This document shows positions 10,486 through 20,853 of a stretch of 64,000 bases of DNA, piece by piece. Both the position numbers and the translations under genes were made by a program. The notes beneath the pieces were generated by a model. It made no database searches. It was not told where the DNA came from and saw nothing but the letters and a program-made list of their open reading frames with translations. Origin of the DNA: an uncultured Candidatus Saccharibacteria bacterium (GTDB lineage: Bacteria > Patescibacteriota > Dojkabacteria > B142 > JAFGMG01); the NCBI GenBank assembly GCA_964444125.1, contig CAYUFB010000002.1, positions 9,075 to 73,074 of the forward strand, written 5' to 3'. How positions within the stretch are numbered: position 1 is the stretch's first letter; each line of letters starts with the position of its first letter.

Positions 10486-12279
10486 ATGCGAAAAAAATAT
10501 TTTGTAACAATCTTGATCGTTGCTTTCGGATTTCTTTTTTTTACCTCCCAGAAGGCTTTTGCCAAGTTTGAAACTACTATTACAAGAGAATATTATCTTC
10601 AAGACGACTTCTCCGTTATGGTCAAAGAGACAGAAGTGATCAAAAATAATACTTCTAATTTATATGTTCCAGGCGGAGCCAAAAAGGATTTTGAAATATT
10701 GGCAATTGAAACTGGTAATCTGGATAATCCCACAATATTACAAAAGGCACTAGATAGTTTATCAATAAAAGCCAATGGTCAAAACATCTCATATACTTCA
10801 AAAATACAAAAGGATATTGCTTCAATTTCTACAAATTTTCCTGCTGCTGTATCTCCAGGCGGTAGTGTGACATTTGTGATGGAATATAGACATCCTGGAA
10901 TGCTTGAGACAAATGGTGCTCTAAAGGATTTTTTCGTCAATGGGTTTGCTGTAAATAGCACTTTTGAGGATGCTTCAAACTCAACAAACTATGAAACCTT
11001 GGTGTTTGTTCCAATTAATTATCCTGATATAAATTTTATTAACCTGTCTTATCAAGAAAGGCAATCTGGAAATTACAAAGTCTACTCTTTTTCAAAAGAA
11101 GATATGCTTGGCAATTATCTTTGGATCCAGTTTGGAAGAACTCAATATTACAAATTCGAGATAATTCAAAACATCAAAAAGTCAGAAAGATTAAATACAG
11201 GTAATTTGAACCGCTATGAGATCGTAATTCCAAGAAATATTATGACTGCTGATATTGATCAAAAAATATACTATGAAGCTATCACGCCTGAACCAGAGTG
11301 GATAAAACAAGATAGTCAAGGAAATTTGATAGCAAGTTTTAAATTAAAAAGTAATTTTGATGGCAATATCACCATAAAAGGATATGCTTCGATAAACAAG
11401 GTGAATGATTTGGAAATAGCCAATTTCGGTAATTTGTCCGAGATAGGTGGCGAAATGAATAGTTATTTGGCAAAAGCTGATTATTGGGAAGTAGATCATC
11501 CAACAATTCAAAATCAGGCAAAGGTTTTGAAGTCTTCAAACACCGATATTGCTAAACTTGTGCTTGATACCTATAATTTCGTCATCGACAAGATAGATTA
11601 TTCAGATGTCAAAAGATTTGGATTAAATGAGAGACAGGGCGCAGTAGCAACTTTGCAAGGAGGGGCGGCTGTTTGTATGGAATATTCTGATTTATTTTTA
11701 ACATTGATGAGAGCGCAAGGTGTGCCTGCTAGAGCTGCTTTTGGTTATGGTTATGACCCAAAGTCTTCGTCAGATACACAAGAGAGCCACCAATGGGTAG
11801 AAATTTATGCCCCAAAAATAAAGCAATGGGTGGCTGTAGATGTAACCTGGGGTGAAAATGGGCCAGCGTTGATTGGTGGAGATATGAATCATTTCTACAC
11901 ACACGTAGCTTCAATTTCTCCAAATGAGCCACCTGCAATAGTTAGTGTTGGCTATGGAATACTTGATCTGGAAGTTGCAAACTACAATATCGAGGTAATT
12001 GAAAGCCTCCCTGAAGGGCAATATACCCTCCAAGAGGATTTACTTGTCAGATACAAATTTCAAGATGAATCTTTATCAGATAATTTATCAGGACTGTTAA
12101 GATCAAAAGTCGAAGCTACTTATTCAAATCTACTTAATCGCCAAAAGCTAAGTCTTGATCAGATACTTGCCCTGTTTTTTGTAGCCATGCTCGTTTTGAT
12201 CGCAGCTTTGATATTGTTTGCTACAATCCAGAAGATTAGAAAAAAAGTTTCTAAATCTGAGTTAGAACAATTGCAATAA
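10486..12279 (+). CDS. Transglutaminase-like cysteine protease-fold surface protein, with a signal peptide and a C-terminal TM anchor.
   Basis: GGAAVCMEYSDLFLTLMRAQGVPARAAFGYGYD with catalytic Cys, HQWVEIY (His), and a VDVTWGE-like Asp context. Confidence 0.8.
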   Translation: MRKKYFVTILIVAFGFLFFTSQKAFAKFETTITREYYLQDDFSVMVKETEVIKNNTSNLYVPGGAKKDFEILAIETGNLDNPTILQKALDSLSIKANGQNISYTSKIQKDIASISTNFPAAVSPGGSVTFVMEYRHPGMLETNGALKDFFVNGFAVNSTFEDASNSTNYETLVFVPINYPDINFINLSYQERQSGNYKVYSFSKEDMLGNYLWIQFGRTQYYKFEIIQNIKKSERLNTGNLNRYEIVIPRNIMTADIDQKIYYEAITPEPEWIKQDSQGNLIASFKLKSNFDGNITIKGYASINKVNDLEIANFGNLSEIGGEMNSYLAKADYWEVDHPTIQNQAKVLKSSNTDIAKLVLDTYNFVIDKIDYSDVKRFGLNERQGAVATLQGGAAVCMEYSDLFLTLMRAQGVPARAAFGYGYDPKSSSDTQESHQWVEIYAPKIKQWVAVDVTWGENGPALIGGDMNHFYTHVASISPNEPPAIVSVGYGILDLEVANYNIEVIESLPEGQYTLQEDLLVRYKFQDESLSDNLSGLLRSKVEATYSNLLNRQKLSLDQILALFFVAMLVLIAALILFATIQKIRKKVSKSELEQLQ

Positions 12280-13157
12280 CAATGATCAATATAGAAACTA
12301 CCTTCTGAGTGAGTATTTTTTCTGGAGATATCTTCTTTGCTTATTTTAGGCAAGAATACTGTCAAAAACACCCCAATAACAAGTACGAAAACTGGTTGGA
12401 TGCCAAGGACGATATTTACTAAAGCCATTGGGGCTATTGTTAATGCATAATTATAGGACAAAATAGCAAAGGTATTGAGTGATTGATTCACAATATTTAT
12501 TGAAAAAGCCTTCGCCTTATAAATTTGTGTGATTGATATAAACGTGTCTCTGACATTTTTGACAAACAAGATAAATCCAAGAAACACCAAAAAGTATCCA
12601 ACATTTTGCCAAAAGGAAACTACCACAAAAGGGTTGTTATTCGAGACAAGTTTGAAAATTAGAGAATTAAATGCAAGCATCAGAGAAGAAAACGTCATCA
12701 TCAAAAGCACCTCAAGTTTTATCTGTGGAATTTTTTGTGAAAGATCTAAACTTATCCCTACTACTCCAATTATTATTAATATGAAGGCAAAGATTTGCAC
12801 TAAGGTTAACGATTCGTTGAAAAAGATTTTGCCAAGTATATAGATAAATAGTGTGCTTAATTAAAACATTGGTACAATAATCGAAGGGTCCGTCTTTTTA
12901 AGAGCTAACATATAAGGCAATACGGCAAGAGGATAAAGTATGCCTCCAAAGATAACAAGAAGTATTTCGGTAATTTTTAGCTCAAAGACAGAAGTGTTGA
13001 TGAAATACAATATTGGTATTGAGAAGATACTGATCATGCACATGAAAGGAATCGTAACGACGATATTTCTCCCTTTGATATATTTATCAATGAATACTTT
13101 GTCTAAATGGTTTGTAACCGCCCAAAGAAATGGAGCGAGTAATGAAAAAAACAACAT
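12159..13157 (-). pseudogene. EamA/DMT-family transporter interrupted by an in-frame TAA (codon at 12861-12863). ORFs 12861-13157 and 12159-12800 are in the same frame.
   Basis: Reading through the stop gives PMF*LSTLFIYILGKIFFNESLTLVQIFAFILIIIGVVG, which spans the conserved EamA C-terminal motif. The two parts total about 310 aa, the normal DMT length. Confidence 0.6.
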
Positions 13158-13175
13158 AATAATTACGTTAAAAGA

Positions 13176-14897
13176 TTACATCTTCTCGACAGTTCTGATG
13201 CCCATTAAATCAAGTCCCCTCTGAAGTACGATAGAAACTGCTTCTGTAAGCATGAGCCTAGCGTCCCTGGTATTTTGGTCTTCTGCTTTGATAACTTGGA
13301 GGTTTTTGTAAAAACTATTAAACCTGGTTGAAAGCTGCAAAAGATAGGTGGCGATTATGTTTGGACTATAATCTCGACTGGCATTTTCAACGATTTCAGA
13401 AAATCTTTCCAAAGTTTTGAGTACGTTTATTTCATAATCACTTGTAAGGTATCTTTCTAAATTTACTTCATAGTTGTAGTTTCCAGCTTCTTTGAGAATT
13501 GATTTGGCTCTTGCATAGGTATATTGAACATAAGGTCCAGAATCTCCTTCGAAATTTACACTCTCGTCTAGATCAAATGCAAGATATTTGAAAGGACTGA
13601 TTTTCAAGAAAGAGTATTTCACTGCTCCAACGGCAATCGTTTCTGCAACTTCGTCAATGTTTTCAACTTTGCCCTTCTCTCTTACTATTGGCTTGATCTT
13701 GGCAACAGCTTGATTAAGTACATCATTTCCGAGAATTACTTGGCCTTTTCTTGAAGACATCTTGCCCGATTTCAGACCTACAAATTCGTAAGCATTATGA
13801 TACTGTTTATCCTTGAACTGCTCAGGCCAAAGAAGCTCTTTAACTTTGAAAGTGACCTTGAAAAAGCTAATTTGTTCGACAGCTACATTATGCACATGAA
13901 GATCCACAATGCCATATTCATTGTTTTTTATAACTGCAAGTCCAAGCTCTTTGCCTTCATATGTCGGAAGTCCTTGTGAATTAATGAAAACCCTTGTATC
14001 TAAGCCATATTTTGCACCATCAAATACAATAGCTCCTTGGCTTTTGGTTAAAATCTTTGCTTCAAGCGCTTTTGAAATGGCATCTTGCACAAATGGCAAT
14101 GTCTCTGATTCCATATACTCTCTTTCAAATGTCGTATATACTCTCTCGTATATTTCGTGAAATTTCTCCAAACTCCAGTCTTTTCCAATTCTCCAAAGTT
14201 TATTAATTTCTATGTCTTCTTGAGAATATATTTTTTCATTTATAGCTTTGATTTCAGCTTGAGCATTATCGTCTTCCTCAAAAGCCGTAGCACCTTGGGT
14301 ATAGCATTTCCCAAGAAGTGCTACTTTTTCGTCTGCGCTTTGAGGATATTGGTCTTCAGGAACTTTTATAAACGCCCAAAGACATTTTGCTATATGCATG
14401 CCTACATCTCCTTGATAATTCACACGAATAACTTCTGCTCCTTGGGCCTCAAACAATCTAACTAGAGATTCCCCCAGGATGATATTTCTCAAATGGCCAA
14501 TATGAAAAGATTTGAAAGGGTTGGGATGAGCAAATTCGACCATTATTCTTTGACCTTTGAGTCTCTTATTGTCACCAAAAGACTCCTTGTTTTCTAATAT
14601 CTTCGAGATCACCTTTACAAAGCTAGCATTATTCTGCTTGAAATTGATAAATCCCGGGCCAGCAATATGAGTATCAAGTCCTAAGTTTTGAGTGTCAAGT
14701 TTATTTACAACCATTTTGGCAATATCAGGTGGGGATTTTTTTATCTCTTTTGATAGTTTCATTGCTACATTCGTAGCCCAATCACCGTGGGATTCATTTT
14801 GGGGCCTTTCTAGGTGAATGTCTTTTGGCTCAATAGTAATATCATATATATCTTTGAGGGCTTTTGAAATTGATTTTTGAATTGTCTCTTTCATCAA
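13176..14897 (-). CDS. argS: Arginine--tRNA ligase.
   Basis: N-terminal ArgRS domain, HIGH motif (SFHIGHLRN), and a KMSSRKG (KMSKS-like) motif; 573 aa. Confidence 0.9.
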   Translation of the reverse strand: MMKETIQKSISKALKDIYDITIEPKDIHLERPQNESHGDWATNVAMKLSKEIKKSPPDIAKMVVNKLDTQNLGLDTHIAGPGFINFKQNNASFVKVISKILENKESFGDNKRLKGQRIMVEFAHPNPFKSFHIGHLRNIILGESLVRLFEAQGAEVIRVNYQGDVGMHIAKCLWAFIKVPEDQYPQSADEKVALLGKCYTQGATAFEEDDNAQAEIKAINEKIYSQEDIEINKLWRIGKDWSLEKFHEIYERVYTTFEREYMESETLPFVQDAISKALEAKILTKSQGAIVFDGAKYGLDTRVFINSQGLPTYEGKELGLAVIKNNEYGIVDLHVHNVAVEQISFFKVTFKVKELLWPEQFKDKQYHNAYEFVGLKSGKMSSRKGQVILGNDVLNQAVAKIKPIVREKGKVENIDEVAETIAVGAVKYSFLKISPFKYLAFDLDESVNFEGDSGPYVQYTYARAKSILKEAGNYNYEVNLERYLTSDYEINVLKTLERFSEIVENASRDYSPNIIATYLLQLSTRFNSFYKNLQVIKAEDQNTRDARLMLTEAVSIVLQRGLDLMGIRTVEKM

Positions 14898-14966
14898 AAG
14901 TTATTAATACGTTAAGATTGAAACTTAACCGTATCTTACAAAAAAAATGCCAAAAACGCCAGTAAA

Positions 14967-16646
14967 TTAAGCTATTTTGATATTTTCTATTGCTACTTTG
15001 ACAAACTCCACAAAAAGAGGATGAGCAGATAACGGTGTTGATTTGTACTCAGGATGTCCTTGAGTTGCGACAAAAAATGGATGAATTTTTTTTGGCAATT
15101 CGATAAATTCAACAAACATTCCATCGGGGGATTTCCCAGAAAAAATCATACCAGCTTTCTCAAGTTGCCCTTGATAATCATTATTGAACTCAAATCTATG
15201 TCTGTGTCTTTCCTCAACTATCCCCTTTTTCTTGTCTGCAAAAGCTTTGTGTTTATCATAGATACTATAGACATAGGAATCTTTATTTAAGACGCAAGGG
15301 TATGTTCCTAGTCGCATTGAGCAGCCATCGCCCTTAATTACTTGATATTTCGGATCAAAAGGAATTGAGTGAATAATTTTGTTTTTGGATTTTGGGTTGT
15401 TCTCTTCTGTATCAGCGTCTTTGATCCCAACAACGTTTCTGGCAAATTCAACTGTCGCAAGTTGCATACCATAGCATAGACCAAGATAAGGAATCTTATT
15501 TTCCCTTGCGTATTTGATAGCTTTTAGTTTGCCTGAGACTCCTCTTGAACCCCAACCAATTGGGACAATTATCCCATCAACATCAGATAGTAGAGAACTA
15601 ATATTTTTTTCTTGCTTGTCAGAATTGATGTATTTCAACTCTATCTTGGAATCATTTGCGATAGCACCGTGCTTAATGGCTTCGATTAATGCATAATATG
15701 CATCAGTTAAGCTTGAGTCTCCTGTCCCAAAGTATTTTCCGACAATTGCAATATTTACCTTTTTCTTTTTGGGTTTAAGCCTTTTTGCAACAAACTTCTC
15801 CCAGGAGGAAAGTTTGATTTCTTTAAATTTTAATTTGAAGTTGGTCAAAAGCTGTTTATCAAGTCCTTGTTTTTGAAGATGTAGTGGAACCAAGTGGATG
15901 TCCGGCAAGTTTTCATTGGAGAAAACGTTTTTTGGGTCAATGTGAAATTTCATTGCGAACTTGTACTTGCGTTGAGTGTCAATCGGAAGCTCACTTCTAA
16001 CAACGAGGTAGTCAATATTTATGCCCATGCTCATTAGTTCTCTGATACCCAATTGGGCTGGTTTCGTTTTAGGTTCACCAATATGAGCTGGTACTGGTAC
16101 GTATGTGACATGAACGTGCGCAACGGGCTGAGTCAATCCCAGGATTCTTGCCGCTTCATAATACAACCCGTTATTATTTTCGTACTCCCCTACTGTGCCG
16201 CCAAGTTCAACTACCACAAAATCAGCATTGGTCTTTTTGGCGGCACTTCTGAACCTCTCTAGTATTTCGTTTACAATGTGTGGGATTGGTTCGACGTCTT
16301 CTCCGTCATATTCCATTCTTCTTTCTTTGTTGATGACAGTTTGGTATAACTGTCCCATCGTCATGAAATTGTCGTGCCCGACTTTTTGATCCAAAAATCT
16401 TTCGTAATTCCCTAAATCTTGGTCTCCTTCTAGACCATCAAAACACAAAAACGGATCTCCGTGCTCAATAGGATTAATAGTTCCAAAATCAACATTTAAA
16501 TTATTTTCACATTTAATTGGACATACATTATAGCCATGTTTCTTAAGAAGCATTGAGATTGAAGCTGCTGTAACCCCTTTGCCAAGTGCACTTATTACTC
16601 CACCGGACACAAAAATATATTTCACCTGCTTATTTGCTTTAGGCAT
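14967..16646 (-). CDS. pyrG: CTP synthase.
   Basis: KYIFVSGGVISALGKG N-terminus and the glutamine amidotransferase motif GLCYGMQLA; 559 aa. Confidence 0.95.
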   Translation of the reverse strand: MPKANKQVKYIFVSGGVISALGKGVTAASISMLLKKHGYNVCPIKCENNLNVDFGTINPIEHGDPFLCFDGLEGDQDLGNYERFLDQKVGHDNFMTMGQLYQTVINKERRMEYDGEDVEPIPHIVNEILERFRSAAKKTNADFVVVELGGTVGEYENNNGLYYEAARILGLTQPVAHVHVTYVPVPAHIGEPKTKPAQLGIRELMSMGINIDYLVVRSELPIDTQRKYKFAMKFHIDPKNVFSNENLPDIHLVPLHLQKQGLDKQLLTNFKLKFKEIKLSSWEKFVAKRLKPKKKKVNIAIVGKYFGTGDSSLTDAYYALIEAIKHGAIANDSKIELKYINSDKQEKNISSLLSDVDGIIVPIGWGSRGVSGKLKAIKYARENKIPYLGLCYGMQLATVEFARNVVGIKDADTEENNPKSKNKIIHSIPFDPKYQVIKGDGCSMRLGTYPCVLNKDSYVYSIYDKHKAFADKKKGIVEERHRHRFEFNNDYQGQLEKAGMIFSGKSPDGMFVEFIELPKKIHPFFVATQGHPEYKSTPLSAHPLFVEFVKVAIENIKIA

Positions 16647-16793
16647 TTGGCTACAATAAAAATTAGAGGGATTTTTGGTTTAAGTGATATTAGAATAGTT
16701 AAGAATAAATGTCCAGGAAAAATTATTTTTTTGCCACTTTTTTGCACCAACTAAGTTAAGACAAGTATATATCAAGCATGTTAAAATATTTGT

Positions 16794-17273
16794 ATGCCAA
16801 AAGACGAAATCTTAAAAAATCAATTGAACAAAAAAAGACAATTAGAACTTGAAAACGAAAAAAAGGACGAAGAGAGAGAGATAGATAGGACAAAAGATAT
16901 GCTTGATGAAGCACTTGATAACCTTGAATTTAAGAAAAAAAACTCCAAGCCACAAGGCAAAATTGCCAAATTGAAACACTGGTGGTTGCAAAAAAGTTTA
17001 AAGCAAAATTTACTTATTTTAAGCGCATTTGCTTTATCCCTTCTCTTGTTATTTGTTTTCTTTATATATATTTGGTGGACAGGCAAAGATGCAATACTCT
17101 TTAAGTCAACACTAGAAGGCAAGGTCTATGATAGATACGAAAAAAACATTGAAGATGTATCAATTAGCATTGATGGGAAATATAAGACAAAAACAAACAG
17201 CAAAGGAGAGTTTGAGATAAAGGGTCTAGATAACGGAAAAGTAAAGGTCTTGTTAGAAAAAAAACGGATATGA
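16794..17273 (+). CDS. N-terminal part (coiled coil, TM anchor, start of the first carboxypeptidase-regulatory-like domain) of a surface protein split by an A8 homopolymer frameshift.
   Basis: It ends ...GKVKVLLEKKRI*. The +1 frame is open from 17257 and continues the domain (GYEPVERSIAI...). Confidence 0.6.
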   Translation: MPKDEILKNQLNKKRQLELENEKKDEEREIDRTKDMLDEALDNLEFKKKNSKPQGKIAKLKHWWLQKSLKQNLLILSAFALSLLLLFVFFIYIWWTGKDAILFKSTLEGKVYDRYEKNIEDVSISIDGKYKTKTNSKGEFEIKGLDNGKVKVLLEKKRI

Positions 17274-17370
17274 GCCAGTAGAAAGAAGTATTGCTATAGG
17301 GCGATATCGAACATATAGAGAATTCGAAATTGTTGAGCTTCCCAAAGGAAGTATCAAGGCAGTTTTAAAT

Positions 17371-18597
17371 ATGCCAGAGGGATTTGATCCTGCACTTGTA
17401 ATTATTGAAATTGGCGGAAAAGAGTACGTAATCGAAGATGAGAATATAACAATTGATAATTTGTATAAGGGTAATTATGAACTCATAATCAAGTCTCCTG
17501 AGTTTGTAGATATCAGACAAGAAGTAGAGATCAAGGCTGGTGAAAATGACTTAGGCATAATTGATCTAACCCCTGCAGCAGATATTGTAGCGGATATATA
17601 TGATTGGACAACAGATAGGACTCTTGCAGAAATCAAGTTTGAGGGGATCGATAGAGAGTATAAATTCAAAGACGAGAAATTTATTATTGAGGATTTTGAG
17701 GATATTGATAATCTTTTTGCCCTAAAGTTTGGGGCAAATGGATATATTGATAACAGAATAGAAAGAAGAATTGTATTGGGCCTAAATGATATTGGCAAGA
17801 TCTATTTATATCCGGATCAAGATTTATATACAATTAGCAAAACAGGGAGATTGGCTGGATTAAAGATGGATTTAAGTAGCACCAATATTACAGCGATAAG
17901 CGTAGACGAGATATCTGCCATTGATCCAGCGAATATCAAATTTGTTCATAACAACATCTTGTATAGATATGACAAAAAAACTAATCAGCCCCAAAAAATC
18001 AATGAATACAAAAGAGGTTTGATATACCTCAATAATACTTTTGAGACTATACTGGAAGTAGTTGATGATAGTGGAGAGTACTTAGTATATAAAAATGCAT
18101 CCGACAAAGTTTTGACAAAATTTGAAAAATTGCCAACAAATGTATTAGTCTCAGATGATGGAAGATTTGCTTATTTTTCTTTTGAGGGAGATATGATAGC
18201 GGGTCTTTATCAGGTTGCTTTAGAGTATGGAACGACAAGACAATTAATTGATCAGGAAATTGATCTGATTGCTATTGACCAAAAGGGAGAACAGATTATT
18301 TATAATCAAGCTGGCAAAATTTATAATTACAATACAAGAATTTTCAAATCTTCTGCAATAGATGCCCCCTCATCGTCAAAAGCAGTGTATGCAAATAACA
18401 AATGGTACATTCTGACAGGTGATAGTGTTGTAATAATGGAAAATAATTTCAGAGCTATTGATAGCTTGGATTTATCACATAGCATTGATTCGATAACACT
18501 TCAAGGTGACTTATTGGTATTAAAATCGACTAATCAAATATATCTGATTAACACTGCTAATCCAAATATTATACAAAGCATTTTGTTTAATATTTGA
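17371..18597 (+). CDS. C-terminal part of the same surface protein. Its frame is open from 17257. It contains a second CarboxypepD_reg-like domain and a beta-rich region.
   Basis: IIEIGGKEYVIED...GNYELIIKSPEFVDIRQEVEI resembles CarboxypepD_reg repeats, and it is contiguous with the upstream ORF across the A8 run at 17257-17264. Confidence 0.6.
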   Translation: MPEGFDPALVIIEIGGKEYVIEDENITIDNLYKGNYELIIKSPEFVDIRQEVEIKAGENDLGIIDLTPAADIVADIYDWTTDRTLAEIKFEGIDREYKFKDEKFIIEDFEDIDNLFALKFGANGYIDNRIERRIVLGLNDIGKIYLYPDQDLYTISKTGRLAGLKMDLSSTNITAISVDEISAIDPANIKFVHNNILYRYDKKTNQPQKINEYKRGLIYLNNTFETILEVVDDSGEYLVYKNASDKVLTKFEKLPTNVLVSDDGRFAYFSFEGDMIAGLYQVALEYGTTRQLIDQEIDLIAIDQKGEQIIYNQAGKIYNYNTRIFKSSAIDAPSSSKAVYANNKWYILTGDSVVIMENNFRAIDSLDLSHSIDSITLQGDLLVLKSTNQIYLINTANPNIIQSILFNI

Positions 18598-18624
18598 TAA
18601 TAAAGCTTATCTTTGTAGTATAAT

Positions 18625-20418
18625 TTGGCATTATTATCTCCTTTCAAATTGTCCAAGCGCAATCAAATAGAAGAAATCAAAGAACGATTGGATATTGTTG
18701 ATGTTGCAGGTAAATATCTAACTTCCATCAAAAGAAGTGGCGCGAACTACTTTGCATCTTGCCCTTTTCATAACGAGAAAACCCCCTCTTTTTCTATTAA
18801 TCAGGATTTGCAAATATATAAATGCTTTGGTTGTGGAGAAAGTGGTGATGTGATAACTCTTATTCAAAAACTTGAGGGCTTGACCTTTCCAGAGGCATTA
18901 GAAAAGACTGCCGAGATGGCTGGTGTCGTACTTGAAAAGAAAGCGTACACTCCTGAACAGGTCAAATATGTTGAGCAAAAAAAGAGAATAATTGATGCGA
19001 ATAATCTGGCTTGTAAATACTATAATTATTTATTGCTCAATCATAAAACCGCCAAAATTGCACAAGAATATTGTAGCAAGAGAAAAATCACAAAAGAGAT
19101 TATAGAGAAATTCCAAATAGGCTATGCACCAAAAGGATACGAATTCTTAAAAAAGTTCTTACTCAAAAAAGGGTTTACTGAAAAAGAGCTTGTCGCTTGG
19201 GGATTGCTGGTAGAAAAAAACGGCAAAATATATGACAAGTTTAGATATAGGCTTATGTTTCCAATATTTGATAATCAAGGCAATGTGATAGGCTTTAGTG
19301 GCAGGCAAATTGAAAAAAGTGATTATGGTCCAAAATATCTTAATTCTCCAGAAACGATCGTATACAAAAAGAAAAATACCCTCTATGGTCTATATCAAGC
19401 GAAAGAAGCAATAAGGAAACAAAAGTTTGTAATTTTGGTGGAAGGAAATGTAGATATTCTTTCTTCATCAAGAGTTGGGGTAGAAAATATCGTCTGCCCT
19501 CTTGGGACAGCGCTAACTGAAGAACAGTGCAAGTTGATGAAAAGATATGCCGATAGAATTTTTTTGGCCCTTGATACTGATGAAGCAGGAGAAAAGGCGA
19601 TAATTAGAGGACTAAAAATATGTCAAAAGGTTGGGTTAGAAATAAAGGCTCTTGATTTGAAAGATTTTCAAGATTCAGATGAATTGATAATGCATGATGA
19701 AAAATTATGGAAAAAGACAGTTGATAATCCTATTGAAATTATTGAACTGTTTGTTCGAAGGTTCTCCAAAAAGTACGATCTTGGCAGTCCAAATGGCAAA
19801 AGCGCTTTTGTGAAAGCGCTTTTGCCATTTATCAATGCACTTGAAGATGATGTCGAGAAACAGGCCTATATCAAAAAGATTTCTGAACAAATAGATCTTC
19901 CAGAGCAGACAGTTTTGGCAAGTATCTCCAAAAAGTCCGTCACTTTGGCGAAGGCTGATTTTGATCCTAAACCATCGAAAACAGCAGAAAGGGCAGTATA
20001 TAAGAAGGTCGATTTGAGTAATAGAAAAAACTACCTTGCTGCATTGTTATTGCAAAACCCGAAATACATCAAGGAAGAATCATGTCTTGATGTTTATGAG
20101 TCGTGGTTTGTTGATTTTCTTGTGAACTGGAAAAACAATGCAGACAAGAAGCTGTTGGATCAACTTGAAGAAAAACGGAGAATTTTTCTTGAGGATTTGT
20201 TGATGGCAAATCTGCCTGAAACTTCTGCCGATCAGATGGAGATAGAGATAAGGAAGCTATTTGCATCAATTGAGAAGTCAAAGTTAAGTCAGCAGATCAA
20301 AGAACTAAAAAAACAAATACAAAAAAAGGAACTTTCGGGTGAAGATGAGGTTAAGTTGTTGGAAAAATTAAAAATTTTGTCCAGAAAGCTTCTTGACGAA
20401 CCAGCAAAACAACTTTAA
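18625..20418 (+). CDS. dnaG: DNA primase.
   Basis: CHC2 zinc finger CPFHNEKTPSFSIN...CFGCGESGD and the TOPRIM motif ILVEGNVDILS. Confidence 0.9.
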   Translation: MALLSPFKLSKRNQIEEIKERLDIVDVAGKYLTSIKRSGANYFASCPFHNEKTPSFSINQDLQIYKCFGCGESGDVITLIQKLEGLTFPEALEKTAEMAGVVLEKKAYTPEQVKYVEQKKRIIDANNLACKYYNYLLLNHKTAKIAQEYCSKRKITKEIIEKFQIGYAPKGYEFLKKFLLKKGFTEKELVAWGLLVEKNGKIYDKFRYRLMFPIFDNQGNVIGFSGRQIEKSDYGPKYLNSPETIVYKKKNTLYGLYQAKEAIRKQKFVILVEGNVDILSSSRVGVENIVCPLGTALTEEQCKLMKRYADRIFLALDTDEAGEKAIIRGLKICQKVGLEIKALDLKDFQDSDELIMHDEKLWKKTVDNPIEIIELFVRRFSKKYDLGSPNGKSAFVKALLPFINALEDDVEKQAYIKKISEQIDLPEQTVLASISKKSVTLAKADFDPKPSKTAERAVYKKVDLSNRKNYLAALLLQNPKYIKEESCLDVYESWFVDFLVNWKNNADKKLLDQLEEKRRIFLEDLLMANLPETSADQMEIEIRKLFASIEKSKLSQQIKELKKQIQKKELSGEDEVKLLEKLKILSRKLLDEPAKQL

Positions 20419-20442
20419 ATTGTTCTAGATTAATAATACAAA

Positions 20443-20853
20443 ATGAGTAATCTAGACGATTATCAGTCTGACGCTAGTGCTTCAAGTATTGATTATGAAA
20501 AACAATTAAGGCTGGACGAGAAACTCAACGAAAGAGATATGAAAAGACATCAAGGTTTCTTTGCATCACTATCTGAAAAAGGTAAGGTCCAAAAAGCCTT
20601 TGCCAGCTTGGTCGTTGTTGCGGCCTTAGTATCAACCGGTTTTATTGCATATCAAGATCAAAGAAACCAACAGATAGAAGATTCATCTGCGTATGATTGT
20701 AATGAATTTCAGGTCAAAGTTTATGATACTGATAGTTACACATGCAAAGATTGTCCTTTCGGAGAGTTTGGCAAATTGAGTTTGTGTCAAAAAGAAAGTC
20801 CTACAGGTATCTGCGAGCAAACAGGTTCAGGATGCTTCGTTCCAGATTTATAG
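20443..20853 (+). CDS. Small single-TM protein with a Cys-rich extracytoplasmic C-terminal domain.
   Basis: TM helix LVVVAALVSTGFIAY followed by a domain with 6 Cys. Confidence 0.45.
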   Translation: MSNLDDYQSDASASSIDYEKQLRLDEKLNERDMKRHQGFFASLSEKGKVQKAFASLVVVAALVSTGFIAYQDQRNQQIEDSSAYDCNEFQVKVYDTDSYTCKDCPFGEFGKLSLCQKESPTGICEQTGSGCFVPDL

